Assembly: GCA_964584785.1 (NCBI GenBank)
Contig: CAZPBY010000012.1
Location: 1 to 50,451 of the forward strand
Reading direction: 5' to 3'
Origin: an uncultured Solibacteraceae bacterium
Lineage (GTDB): Bacteria > Acidobacteriota > Terriglobia > 20CM-2-55-15
DNA: 50,451 nt
Shown: positions 34,770 through 42,494 of the stretch, in pieces
How positions within the stretch are numbered: position 1 is the first letter of the stretch
Layout of the letters: the number at the start of each line of letters is the position of its first letter
Notes under the pieces: generated by a model
The model's input: only the letters and a program-made list of their open reading frames with translations
The model's database searches: none
What the model was told of the DNA's origin: nothing
Translations under genes and position numbers: made by a program

Positions 34770-36758
34770 ATGAGTACAGCAGCACGATCTCGCCAGCCCG
34801 TCACAGCTGAAACGATGGCCGCCAAGCAGCGCGACATCTCCGTCAGCGAGTTTTTCGCGAAGAATCGTCACTTGCTGGGATTCGACAATCCGCGCAAGGC
34901 ACTGCTGACGGCGGTGAAGGAAGCCGTCGACAACTCGCTCGACGCCTGCGAAGAGGCCGCTATCGTTCCCGAAATCTGGGTGCACATCGAAACCACGGGA
35001 ACCAATCGCTACAAAGTCGGCGTGCAGGACAACGGACCGGGTATCGTGCGGAAACAGATCCCGCTGATCTTCGGAAAACTCCTCTACGGATCGAAGTTCC
35101 ATCGATTGCGCATGAGCCGCGGCCAGCAAGGCATCGGCATCAGCGCCGCGGGCATGTATGGGATGCTCACGACAGGGAAGCCGGTGAAGATCATCTCGAT
35201 GACTTCGCCGAAAAAGCCCGCGCATTACTTCGAAATCCAGATCGATACGCGGCGCAACCAGCCGGAAATCGTAAACGGAAAAGGCGACGGCGAGGATATT
35301 CCGTCCGGTGACGCGGGCCGAGCCTACATTGCGGAACACGGAATCGAATGGAAGGTACACTACCCCGACGGCGACGAGCAAGCCCATCATCGCAACGACG
35401 TTCGAAGCGGCACGCGTGTAACGATCGAGCTGGAAGGCCGATACGTTCGCGGACGCGGCAGCGTCGACGAATATCTGGCGCAGACCGCGATCGCGAATCC
35501 TCACGTCACGATTCATTACGTGGACCCGGAAGGAACCGAAACAACGTACGCGAGATCCTCCACGCAACTTCCGCCGGAACCGGTCGAGATCAAGCCGCAT
35601 CCCTACGGCATCGAGCTCGGCCAGCTGGTAACGATGTTGAAGAACTCTACCGGGGGGACGATGTCGCAATTCCTGACGACTTCGTTTTCACGCGTCAGTC
35701 CCGCCGTGGCGCAGAAGATTTGTGAGACCGCGAAAATCACGACGCGATCGAATCCCAAACGCATCGGGCGGCAGGAAGCAGACGCGCTGTACCACGCGAT
35801 TCAGGAAACCAGGATCAGCGCGCCGTCCACCGATTGCATCTCGCCGATCGGCGAAGCCCTGATCCTCAAAGGACTCCATCAGCAGGTGCCGGGCGAGTTT
35901 TTCACCGCCGCGACTCGTCCACCGGCGGTTTATCGCGGCAATCCGTTTCTGATCGAAGTCGGCCTGGCGTACGGAGCGGCCAGTCCCACACAGAAAGTGG
36001 CGCTCGATCAATTGACCGATCTGCTCGGCGAGAGCGATGCGCGGTCGGTCAAACAGTTTCTGCTGACGACATTCGACGGTATCGGCTCCTCGGGAGCGGA
36101 CAAAATTCTCTCGGAAGCTCGAATGGGGCCGCGGCAGGCGCCGTCGAAGCTGAAGACGGAAGAAATCGCCAGTCTCCACGCATCGATGAAAAACGTGAAT
36201 CTCTCCGAAGGTCAAACCATGCAGGTCCTGCGCTATGCGAATCGCGTGCCCCTTCAGTTTCAGCCCGCAGCCTGCGCTATCACGCAGGCGGTGATCGGCA
36301 ACAACTGGCGTTCTTACGGTCTGTCGCAGTCGCGGGGGCAAATGCCGGTCGGCCCGGTTACCGTGATGGTCCACATGGCCAGCGTTTGGGTGCCGTTCAC
36401 GAGCGAGTCGAAAGAAGCGATCGCGTCGTATCCGGAAATCATGAGAGAGCTGCGGCTCGGACTTCAGGCCGTCGGACGAAAGCTCGCGATTTACCTGAAT
36501 CGGCGGAAGCGCGTCCGACAGGAGGGCGAACGGCGTGAAATCTTCCTTCGCTATCTCGGCGAAGTTGCAGGCGCTGTCGCATCGATCAAGGAATACAGTG
36601 AAAGATCGAAGAAGGAGCTCTACGGCCGTCTGGTGGACGTCGCGAAGCGTAAGACCGCCGTCGCGGACGTTCAGATGGATCAGCGAGGGAAGAAGATCGA
36701 ACAGGTCGAGGAAGAACTCGGAGAGAATGTGTTGATAGTGGAGACTGAAGAAATTTAG
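34770..36758 (+). CDS. top6B: DNA topoisomerase VI subunit B (GHKL/Bergerat ATPase)
   Basis: The N-terminus aligns to archaeal Top6B (ISVSEFFAKNRHLLGFDNP). The Bergerat-fold motifs are present: the N-box KEAVDNSLDACEE, the G1 box VQDNGPGI and the G2 box GQQGIGISAAG. A transducer-like C-terminal half follows, over 662 aa. The start is uncertain between the ATG at 34770 and the ATG at 34815, and there is no SD. Confidence 0.85.
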   Translation: MSTAARSRQPVTAETMAAKQRDISVSEFFAKNRHLLGFDNPRKALLTAVKEAVDNSLDACEEAAIVPEIWVHIETTGTNRYKVGVQDNGPGIVRKQIPLIFGKLLYGSKFHRLRMSRGQQGIGISAAGMYGMLTTGKPVKIISMTSPKKPAHYFEIQIDTRRNQPEIVNGKGDGEDIPSGDAGRAYIAEHGIEWKVHYPDGDEQAHHRNDVRSGTRVTIELEGRYVRGRGSVDEYLAQTAIANPHVTIHYVDPEGTETTYARSSTQLPPEPVEIKPHPYGIELGQLVTMLKNSTGGTMSQFLTTSFSRVSPAVAQKICETAKITTRSNPKRIGRQEADALYHAIQETRISAPSTDCISPIGEALILKGLHQQVPGEFFTAATRPPAVYRGNPFLIEVGLAYGAASPTQKVALDQLTDLLGESDARSVKQFLLTTFDGIGSSGADKILSEARMGPRQAPSKLKTEEIASLHASMKNVNLSEGQTMQVLRYANRVPLQFQPAACAITQAVIGNNWRSYGLSQSRGQMPVGPVTVMVHMASVWVPFTSESKEAIASYPEIMRELRLGLQAVGRKLAIYLNRRKRVRQEGERREIFLRYLGEVAGAVASIKEYSERSKKELYGRLVDVAKRKTAVADVQMDQRGKKIEQVEEELGENVLIVETEEI

Positions 36759-36792
36759 AAATCGGACTCGTCCGACTTTCAATTCCCCTCGG
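36756..36792. repeat. Short palindromic element after top6B sharing a 17-mer (GAAATTTAGAAATCGGAC-like) with the termini of the large palindrome at 50297-50440
   Basis: It reads aatttagaaatcggac tcg tccgactttcaattcccc. Its ends match the outer ends of the 50297-50440 element, and it contains the hairpin tcggac-tc-gtccga. Confidence 0.4.
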
Positions 36793-36802
36793 GATCAGAA
36801 CC

Positions 36803-37936
36803 ATGGCGAAAAAAACGAAGAAAACTGAAACCCCGACTCTGACTGCCAAAGACAAGAAGACGTTGGGTTCCATCCGCGGGCTGGCGGATAGCGTGGCGCA
36901 ATCGGCGGATAAAGGTCGCGCGCCTTACGTCGATATTCCGTCGCGGTCGTTATCGAACGTTCGGTTCAATCAATCGAAACGCATCATCGAAATGGGCGCC
37001 GGCTCCAACCGCCGCGAACTTTTCAATCTCGCTCAGGCCCGAAGTTATATGCAGACCTTGCTCGTGGGATCCGGATGCAAGCAACTGATCGATCAATCCA
37101 AGACCACCAGCATCCGAGGTCTTTTCTATTTGTTGAAACACACCATCGAGGGCACGAACGAGGAAACGTTCGACACTCAGGCAGAATGCGATCCCATCAT
37201 CGAAGACATCGAGGTTTCGCTCGACGCGATGCGTGAAGAGCTTCATCTCTATGCGAAGAACGCCGGGGCTATGGTCGGCAACATCACGCTCGTCGACAGC
37301 GGCGACGAAATCGATTGCTCGCGGATGGGGTCCGGCGGCTACAGCATACCTTCCATCGTCGAACCCGACATCGTGCAGTTCAAGAAAAACACCGCCGAAT
37401 TCGTGCTGCACGTCGAAAAGGACACTGTCTGGCGGCGCTTCAATGAAGACAAATTCTGGCGCAAATACAACTGCATCCTCACCCACGGAGGCGGCCAGCC
37501 GCCTCGCGGCGTTCGACGCATGCTGCATCGACTGAATCATGAACTGAAACTGCCGGTGTACTGCCTTCTCGATAACGATCCGTGGGGATACTACATTTAC
37601 AGCGTCATCAAGCAGGGTTCGATCAATCTGGCGTATGAATCGCGACGCATGGCGATTCCCGAAGCCCGATTCCTTGGCCTTCGCAGCAACGACTACGAAC
37701 GATGCCAGCTCACGCCCAGCGTGCAGATCAAGCTAAACGACCAGGACATCAAGCGCGCGCGGCAAATCGCGCAGTACCCGTGGTTCGCGAACAAGAAGCC
37801 ATGGCAGAAGGAGCTCGATCTGATGCTCAAGAACGGCTTCAAGCTCGAAGTCGAAGCCCTGATCAGCAAAGACATCAGCTACGTCACCGAAACCTACGTA
37901 CCCGCGCGGTTGGAGGACGGCAACTTTCTGGACTAG
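36803..37936 (+). CDS. top6A: DNA topoisomerase VI subunit A (Spo11-like, 5Y-CAP + Toprim)
   Basis: The catalytic-Tyr context TSIRGLFYLLKH resembles Spo11 R-x-(I/F)-(F/Y)-Y. The Toprim acidic motifs are FVLHVEKDTVW (E) and VYCLLDNDPWGYYIY (DxD). It follows top6B in the archaeal B-A order, over 377 aa. Confidence 0.85.
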   Translation: MAKKTKKTETPTLTAKDKKTLGSIRGLADSVAQSADKGRAPYVDIPSRSLSNVRFNQSKRIIEMGAGSNRRELFNLAQARSYMQTLLVGSGCKQLIDQSKTTSIRGLFYLLKHTIEGTNEETFDTQAECDPIIEDIEVSLDAMREELHLYAKNAGAMVGNITLVDSGDEIDCSRMGSGGYSIPSIVEPDIVQFKKNTAEFVLHVEKDTVWRRFNEDKFWRKYNCILTHGGGQPPRGVRRMLHRLNHELKLPVYCLLDNDPWGYYIYSVIKQGSINLAYESRRMAIPEARFLGLRSNDYERCQLTPSVQIKLNDQDIKRARQIAQYPWFANKKPWQKELDLMLKNGFKLEVEALISKDISYVTETYVPARLEDGNFLD

Positions 37937-37980
37937 TGTCTCAATAAGGAGCGTTACGCGATCTTCTAAGGAGGCTCCGG

Positions 37981-38089
37981 GACTATCGTCCCTGCGCATC
38001 TGTTAAGAACCACCCCGTCTTCGCCTTCGGCTCAGACGCCTGAAGGGCGCAGCGGGGGTGGTTTGAAAAGATGCGAGCGGACGATAGTC
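37981..38089. repeat. Long imperfect inverted repeat (about 37-bp arms, 35-nt internally palindromic spacer) after top6A; a terminator or REP/MITE-like element
   Basis: The left arm gactatcgtccctgcgcatctgttaagaaccaccccg faces the right arm cgggggtggtttgaaaagatgcgagcggacgatagtc. The spacer contains ccttcggctcagacgcctgaagg. Confidence 0.5.
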
Positions 38090-38149
38090 GGCAAGCCACC
38101 TAAAAAGCCGCGCGAAGCGCATCCGATCCAGCCACGTCAGACTGTCGGG

Positions 38150-38155
38150 TATAAT
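38150..38155 (+). promoter_or_regulatory. Candidate -10 box, TATAAT (ggTATAATcc), 24 bp upstream of the GGT ATG; an AAAGGAGA SD lies at 38163-38170
   Basis: It is an exact TATAAT with good spacing to the SD and ATG. Call by sequence pattern only. Confidence 0.3.
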
Positions 38156-38179
38156 CCCGCGCAAAGGAGAAACTAATTT

Positions 38180-40078
38180 ATGTTTCGCGCTCGTACACTC
38201 GCCCTGGCGTCGCTGCTGGCTGCGTCTCTCTTTGTCGAAGCCCGGCAGGTCCCCGTACAAGACAGGCAACCCGCGGGCTCCGCGCTTCGTCCTGCCGTCA
38301 TGGGACCGACAGCCGGTGTATCGACCGGCCATCCGCTGACGACTGCCGCCGCTTTCCAGATCCTGCTCAAAGGCGGAAATGCGTTTGATGCGGGTGCGGC
38401 ATCGCTGCTGGCCGGCGGTGTGCTCGAGCAGGATCTCTACAGTCTTGGAGGCGAGGCGCTCGTTCTCGTGTATCCGAAGAAGGACGGCAAGGTCACGTCC
38501 GTGGTCGGTCAGGGCTGGGCGCCGAGCGCGGTGAACGTCGAGTGGTACAAATCGCGCAACAAAACACTCGACGGCGCGGGCCTGGATCCTGCCGTCGTGC
38601 CGGGCGCGATGCATGCGACGCTCACGGTGCTGGAAAAGTGGGGCACCATGAGCTTCGAAGAAGTGGCCGGCCCCGCGATCGAATATGCGGAGAAGGGATT
38701 TCCGATTCGTCAAAGCACTGCGCAGGCGATTCGCAATCAGCTGAAGTTCTTCGAGAAGTGGCCGGACAATCAAAAATATTGGCTGAAGCCTGACGGCTCG
38801 CAATACAAGCCCGGCGAAACGATCAAGCTGCCGACGCTCGCCAGAACGCTTCATCGAATGGTCGACGCGGAGCGCGCTGCAAAATCGAAAGGACGCGCGG
38901 CCGGCGTCATTGCCGCGCGAGACGTCTTCTATAAAGGCGAGATCGGCCATGAAATGGTCGCGTTCCTGAAGAAGAGCGGAGCGCCGTTCAACGAAGCCGA
39001 CTTCGCGGAATTTTTCGCCAAAGTCGAAGAGCCCGCAAAGACCACTTATCGTGGCTACACCGTTTACAAGCACGGCTTCGGCAGTCAGGGGCCGGTTCTT
39101 CTGCAGACCCTCAATATTCTCGAAAACTTCGATTTGCACGCGATGGGCTATGGCAGCGCCGACTACCTCCATACCATCACCGAAGCGATGAAGCTGGCGT
39201 ATGCCGATCGCGACACGTATTACGCCGATCCTGCATTCGTCAACGTTCCCGGCGAAGGACTGCTGTCGAAAGACTACGCGAAGGAACGTGCGCGACTGAT
39301 CGATCCGCGGCACGCGTCGAAGACGTTCATTGCGGGAAATCCGCTGCCCTACGACTCGAAGGTGAAGGAATGGAAGTATTGGAAGGCCGACGTGAAGGAC
39401 GTCAGCAACGATCGCGCTCAACTTGAAGCTTCGGACTACGACAGGCTCGCTTCACTCGGTTTGGATTCCGCGGGCGTTTCCAAAGACACGACGCACATGT
39501 CCGTCATCGATAAAGACGGCAACATCTTCGACGTCACGCCGAGCGGCGGCTGGATCAACGGTGCCGTGATTCTCGGCGACACCGGCATCGGCATGAGCGT
39601 TCGCGGCGAGCAGTTCTGGCTCGACTCCACGCGAGCCGCGCAGATCCGGCCGCGATCGCGTCCACGGTACACGCTGACACCGAGCATGGTGTTCAAGGGT
39701 GATGTACCGATGATGGGACTCGGCACTCCCGGCGGCGACAATCAGGACCAAACGATCCTGCAGGCGTTCCTCAGCATCGTCGATTTCTGGAATGACTGGT
39801 ATCCGAATCTGCATGCCGCCTTCGAACGGCCTCGAGTTCAGACGCTGCACTTCTACGGCTCGTTCTGGCCGCACACCGCAGGATTCAACAAGCTGAACGT
39901 CGAAGCAACGATCCCGGATGCGGTCTACAACGAACTGAAGGCCCGCGGCCACGACGTCAGCCGGTTGAGGGCATTCGGAATGTCGGGCTGCGCCACGGGC
40001 GTGATGATCGATCCCACGACGCACAATCGGTTCGCGGGCGCGGACCCCCGCCGGGACTGCTACGCCATCGCGTATTAA
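38180..40078 (+). CDS. ggt: Gamma-glutamyltranspeptidase (Ntn hydrolase), secreted
   Basis: It has a signal peptide, MFRARTLALASLLAASLFVEA. The catalytic-Thr autoprocessing site is DTTHMSVIDKDGN, and T-P-S-G-G and GSPGG family motifs are present. The long antisense ORF at 38003-39421 is spurious. Confidence 0.85.
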   Translation: MFRARTLALASLLAASLFVEARQVPVQDRQPAGSALRPAVMGPTAGVSTGHPLTTAAAFQILLKGGNAFDAGAASLLAGGVLEQDLYSLGGEALVLVYPKKDGKVTSVVGQGWAPSAVNVEWYKSRNKTLDGAGLDPAVVPGAMHATLTVLEKWGTMSFEEVAGPAIEYAEKGFPIRQSTAQAIRNQLKFFEKWPDNQKYWLKPDGSQYKPGETIKLPTLARTLHRMVDAERAAKSKGRAAGVIAARDVFYKGEIGHEMVAFLKKSGAPFNEADFAEFFAKVEEPAKTTYRGYTVYKHGFGSQGPVLLQTLNILENFDLHAMGYGSADYLHTITEAMKLAYADRDTYYADPAFVNVPGEGLLSKDYAKERARLIDPRHASKTFIAGNPLPYDSKVKEWKYWKADVKDVSNDRAQLEASDYDRLASLGLDSAGVSKDTTHMSVIDKDGNIFDVTPSGGWINGAVILGDTGIGMSVRGEQFWLDSTRAAQIRPRSRPRYTLTPSMVFKGDVPMMGLGTPGGDNQDQTILQAFLSIVDFWNDWYPNLHAAFERPRVQTLHFYGSFWPHTAGFNKLNVEATIPDAVYNELKARGHDVSRLRAFGMSGCATGVMIDPTTHNRFAGADPRRDCYAIAY

Positions 40079-40082
40079 TCAA

Positions 40083-40182
40083 GGTGACGGCACGAAGCCC
40101 GTCGCTGCGCTCCGGGTTCTGAACACCGTCCTTATAAGACACGTGTGCGGAACCCGGAGCTCAGCGACGGGGCTTCGTGCTA
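40083..40182. repeat. REP-like palindromic element A (about 100 bp) between the convergent GGT and acylase genes; a bidirectional terminator that also encodes the acylase's last codons and stop
   Basis: The arm cacgaagcccgtcgctgcgctccgggttc faces gaacccggagctcagcgacggggcttcgtg across a 30-nt loop. It is an inverted copy of element B at 42401-42490. Confidence 0.6.
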
Positions 40183-42371
40183 TCAACCGCCGGGTGATAC
40201 TCCTTTTCGGTGTGACCCTTCAGTTGTGACTTGTAGAAGTACACCTCCCGCAGATCGCCGGTGCTGTACCGCTTGGCTTGATCGTTGAAGTGCGGCGACT
40301 GCGGATTTCCGCTCTCGCCGCCGGCCGTGACGGCTTTGGCCTTCACGGTCGGTCCGAACTCCACGACCGCGACGAAGCTGTTTCCGGTGGTGCCGTAAAT
40401 CTTCTTCGATCCGCGATAGCTTCGCGCGCCGAACGAAGCCAGTGAACCCCAGGTAGCGGAGGTGAATCCTACCGGAATGCTGGGGCCGGAGTCCGTAAAC
40501 GGATGAACGATATCGTCCGTCAGCCGCTGGAATCGATTGATATCGCCCCACGGCGTTTGCCACTTGCCGAAATCCGCAACGAGTTTGTCCGACCCACCCG
40601 CCAGCGACTGCAACACTTGATCGGCCGGCACTTTCGTGGCGATGTATTCATCGACGGACATCCCGCTGCCTCTTGCGGCGCCGCCGATCCTCGTCTGAAT
40701 GTCCTCTCCCCAATACACGGCGAGGGATGTCGGAACGGATGTCGCACTCCAGCGCAGATTCCAGTCGCGCAGCATCGCGATCTGATCGGCAACTTTCGCC
40801 TTCAGCGGATTGGACGCCGGAGTCTGATCCCAAGCCTTGATCAGCGCCGGCATCGGCTTTTCGAACCAGGTGAGATAACTATCGTAAGCCGCAGCGATCA
40901 GGCCGTCGAGCGTGAAGTCTTTCTTGTTCTGCAGGACTCGAATGGCGTGAAGCCCGCGAGCGGACTCGTTGCCCGAATCGACGTAGACGGGATAGTCGGA
41001 CTTCTTCGGACTGTTCGCGCCGGCGGCCGACCAGGGCCAGTTATTCGAGTTGTAGAGCCAGCCGACGCCGGGATTCAGGAGGTTCGGCGATTGATCGACA
41101 GCCAGCAGGCCATTCCAATCGGTGGCGGGATCGCTGCCGTCGACGGGCTTCGTCCAGTCGAATTTCGTGTCGCGTTTCGGAATGAAGTTGGCGTGAAAAT
41201 AAGCGATGTTGCCGTCGCCGTCCGCGAAGATCGTGTTGTTGGAAGAATTCGTGTGCAATTCCATGATCTGCTTGAACGACTTGTAATCCTTCGCCTTCGT
41301 CCGCGTGTACGATTGCGTGAGCGCCTTCACCGGCTCCTGCATGATCCGGAAGCTCACCCACTTTCCGTCGGCGGCGCGAATGACCGGTCCGTGCTGCGTA
41401 AAATACCCGGTGATCTTTCGTTCGGCCATTCCCTTGTCCGTCTTGTAAGGAATGATGATGACGCGTTCGGTTACGGGACGTTCCTCCGAGCCATATTTGT
41501 AGAAATAGCGATCGCCCTTCTTGACGATCGTTTCGAGATACTCGTCCGTCGCGTCGACGGCGCTCGACGTATGCATCCAGCCGGTGTGCTCGTTGAATCC
41601 CTGATAGATGAAAAACTGGCCCCACGTCGCGGCACCGTATGCGTTCAGGCCTTCATCGCTCGTCATCTGCAGTTCCGATCGGAAGTAAAAAGAAGTATGG
41701 GGATTGATCAACAGCAGCGCGTGGTGACCAACCGTATTCGATGGCGCCACCGCGGCGCCGTTCGAGCCGCGCGGTTCGGTATCGGGATCGCTCTCTTCCA
41801 TGTTTTGTTCAACCACGGCTGCAGAAGTGGACTCTTTCCCGTAGAACGCCTGAAGGTTGTTCAGATTCACTTTCTCGATATCGCCGCCGATGCTGCCTTC
41901 GCTGAACGTCAGCGCCATCCAGGGTTCGAAGCGTTTGATGACTCGCGGTTTGACTTCGGGATGTTTCGCAAGATAGAAGTTCAGGCCGTCGGCCCACGCG
42001 TTCATCAGCGTCTTCAGCCATGCGGGACTCGATTCGTACTGCGATTTGATGACGGCGGGATCGATGAAGAGCTTCATTCGGAGGTCTCGCCAGATTTCGG
42101 CCTCGCCTTCCGCTTCCGCGAGCCGGCCCTGCGAATTGATGAAGTTCGTCTCGACACGATTGAAATCGTCTTCGGCCTGGGCGTAGATCATGCCGAAGAC
42201 GGCATCGGCATCGGTCTTGCCGGTGACGTGCGCGATGCCCCAGTCGTCGCGCACAATCGTGACGTTGCGGGCCTGTTGCTCCCATCGCTTGAGATCCGGA
42301 TTGTTGACCGTCTGCGGCGCGGCATGCGAAACGAACGCGACGGCGAGAAGCAGAACGACGAGCTTTTTCAT
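40161..42371 (-). CDS. Penicillin-acylase-family (peptidase S45) Ntn hydrolase, secreted
   Basis: The start is taken at MKKLVVLLLAVAFVSHAAPQ (42369-42371), with a GGGGAGGA SD. The S45 autoprocessing context is EPRGSNGAAVAPS. It is about 735 aa long, which is typical for penicillin/cephalosporin or AHL acylases. Confidence 0.85.
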   Translation of the reverse strand: MKKLVVLLLAVAFVSHAAPQTVNNPDLKRWEQQARNVTIVRDDWGIAHVTGKTDADAVFGMIYAQAEDDFNRVETNFINSQGRLAEAEGEAEIWRDLRMKLFIDPAVIKSQYESSPAWLKTLMNAWADGLNFYLAKHPEVKPRVIKRFEPWMALTFSEGSIGGDIEKVNLNNLQAFYGKESTSAAVVEQNMEESDPDTEPRGSNGAAVAPSNTVGHHALLLINPHTSFYFRSELQMTSDEGLNAYGAATWGQFFIYQGFNEHTGWMHTSSAVDATDEYLETIVKKGDRYFYKYGSEERPVTERVIIIPYKTDKGMAERKITGYFTQHGPVIRAADGKWVSFRIMQEPVKALTQSYTRTKAKDYKSFKQIMELHTNSSNNTIFADGDGNIAYFHANFIPKRDTKFDWTKPVDGSDPATDWNGLLAVDQSPNLLNPGVGWLYNSNNWPWSAAGANSPKKSDYPVYVDSGNESARGLHAIRVLQNKKDFTLDGLIAAAYDSYLTWFEKPMPALIKAWDQTPASNPLKAKVADQIAMLRDWNLRWSATSVPTSLAVYWGEDIQTRIGGAARGSGMSVDEYIATKVPADQVLQSLAGGSDKLVADFGKWQTPWGDINRFQRLTDDIVHPFTDSGPSIPVGFTSATWGSLASFGARSYRGSKKIYGTTGNSFVAVVEFGPTVKAKAVTAGGESGNPQSPHFNDQAKRYSTGDLREVYFYKSQLKGHTEKEYHPAVDSTKPRR

Positions 42372-42400
42372 GAGCGATCCTCCCCAAGAAGGCCAGATTA

Positions 42401-42490
42401 TGTCACGAAGCCCGCCGCTGAGCTCCGGTTCTGACGGTCTTCGCCCGAAAGTACAGAACCCGGAGCGCAGCGACGGGCTTCGTGACGTAT
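42401..42490. repeat. REP-like palindromic element B in the divergent acylase / S9 peptidase promoter region; an inverted copy of element A
   Basis: It reads cacgaagcccgccgctgagctccggttctg ... cagaacccggagcgcagcgacgggcttcgtg. Its right arm is a near-exact reverse complement of element A's left arm. The same NPERSDGLR peptide appears in spurious ORFs over both copies. Confidence 0.6.
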
Positions 42491-42494
42491 CCTT

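Noticed and set aside
34602-36782. Minus-strand ORFs 34602..35669 and 35688..36782
   Set aside because: They are antisense to top6B, whose GHKL motifs are unambiguous. The first would also run through the thrA/top6B divergent promoter region.
38003-39421. 472-aa minus-strand ORF
   Set aside because: It lies entirely antisense to the well-supported gamma-glutamyltranspeptidase gene. Its composition is Arg/Ala-rich and low-complexity, which is typical of GC-rich antisense frames, and it has no recognisable motifs.
40503-42434. 643-aa plus-strand ORF
   Set aside because: It is antisense to the S45 acylase gene and its translation is Arg/Val-rich without motifs.
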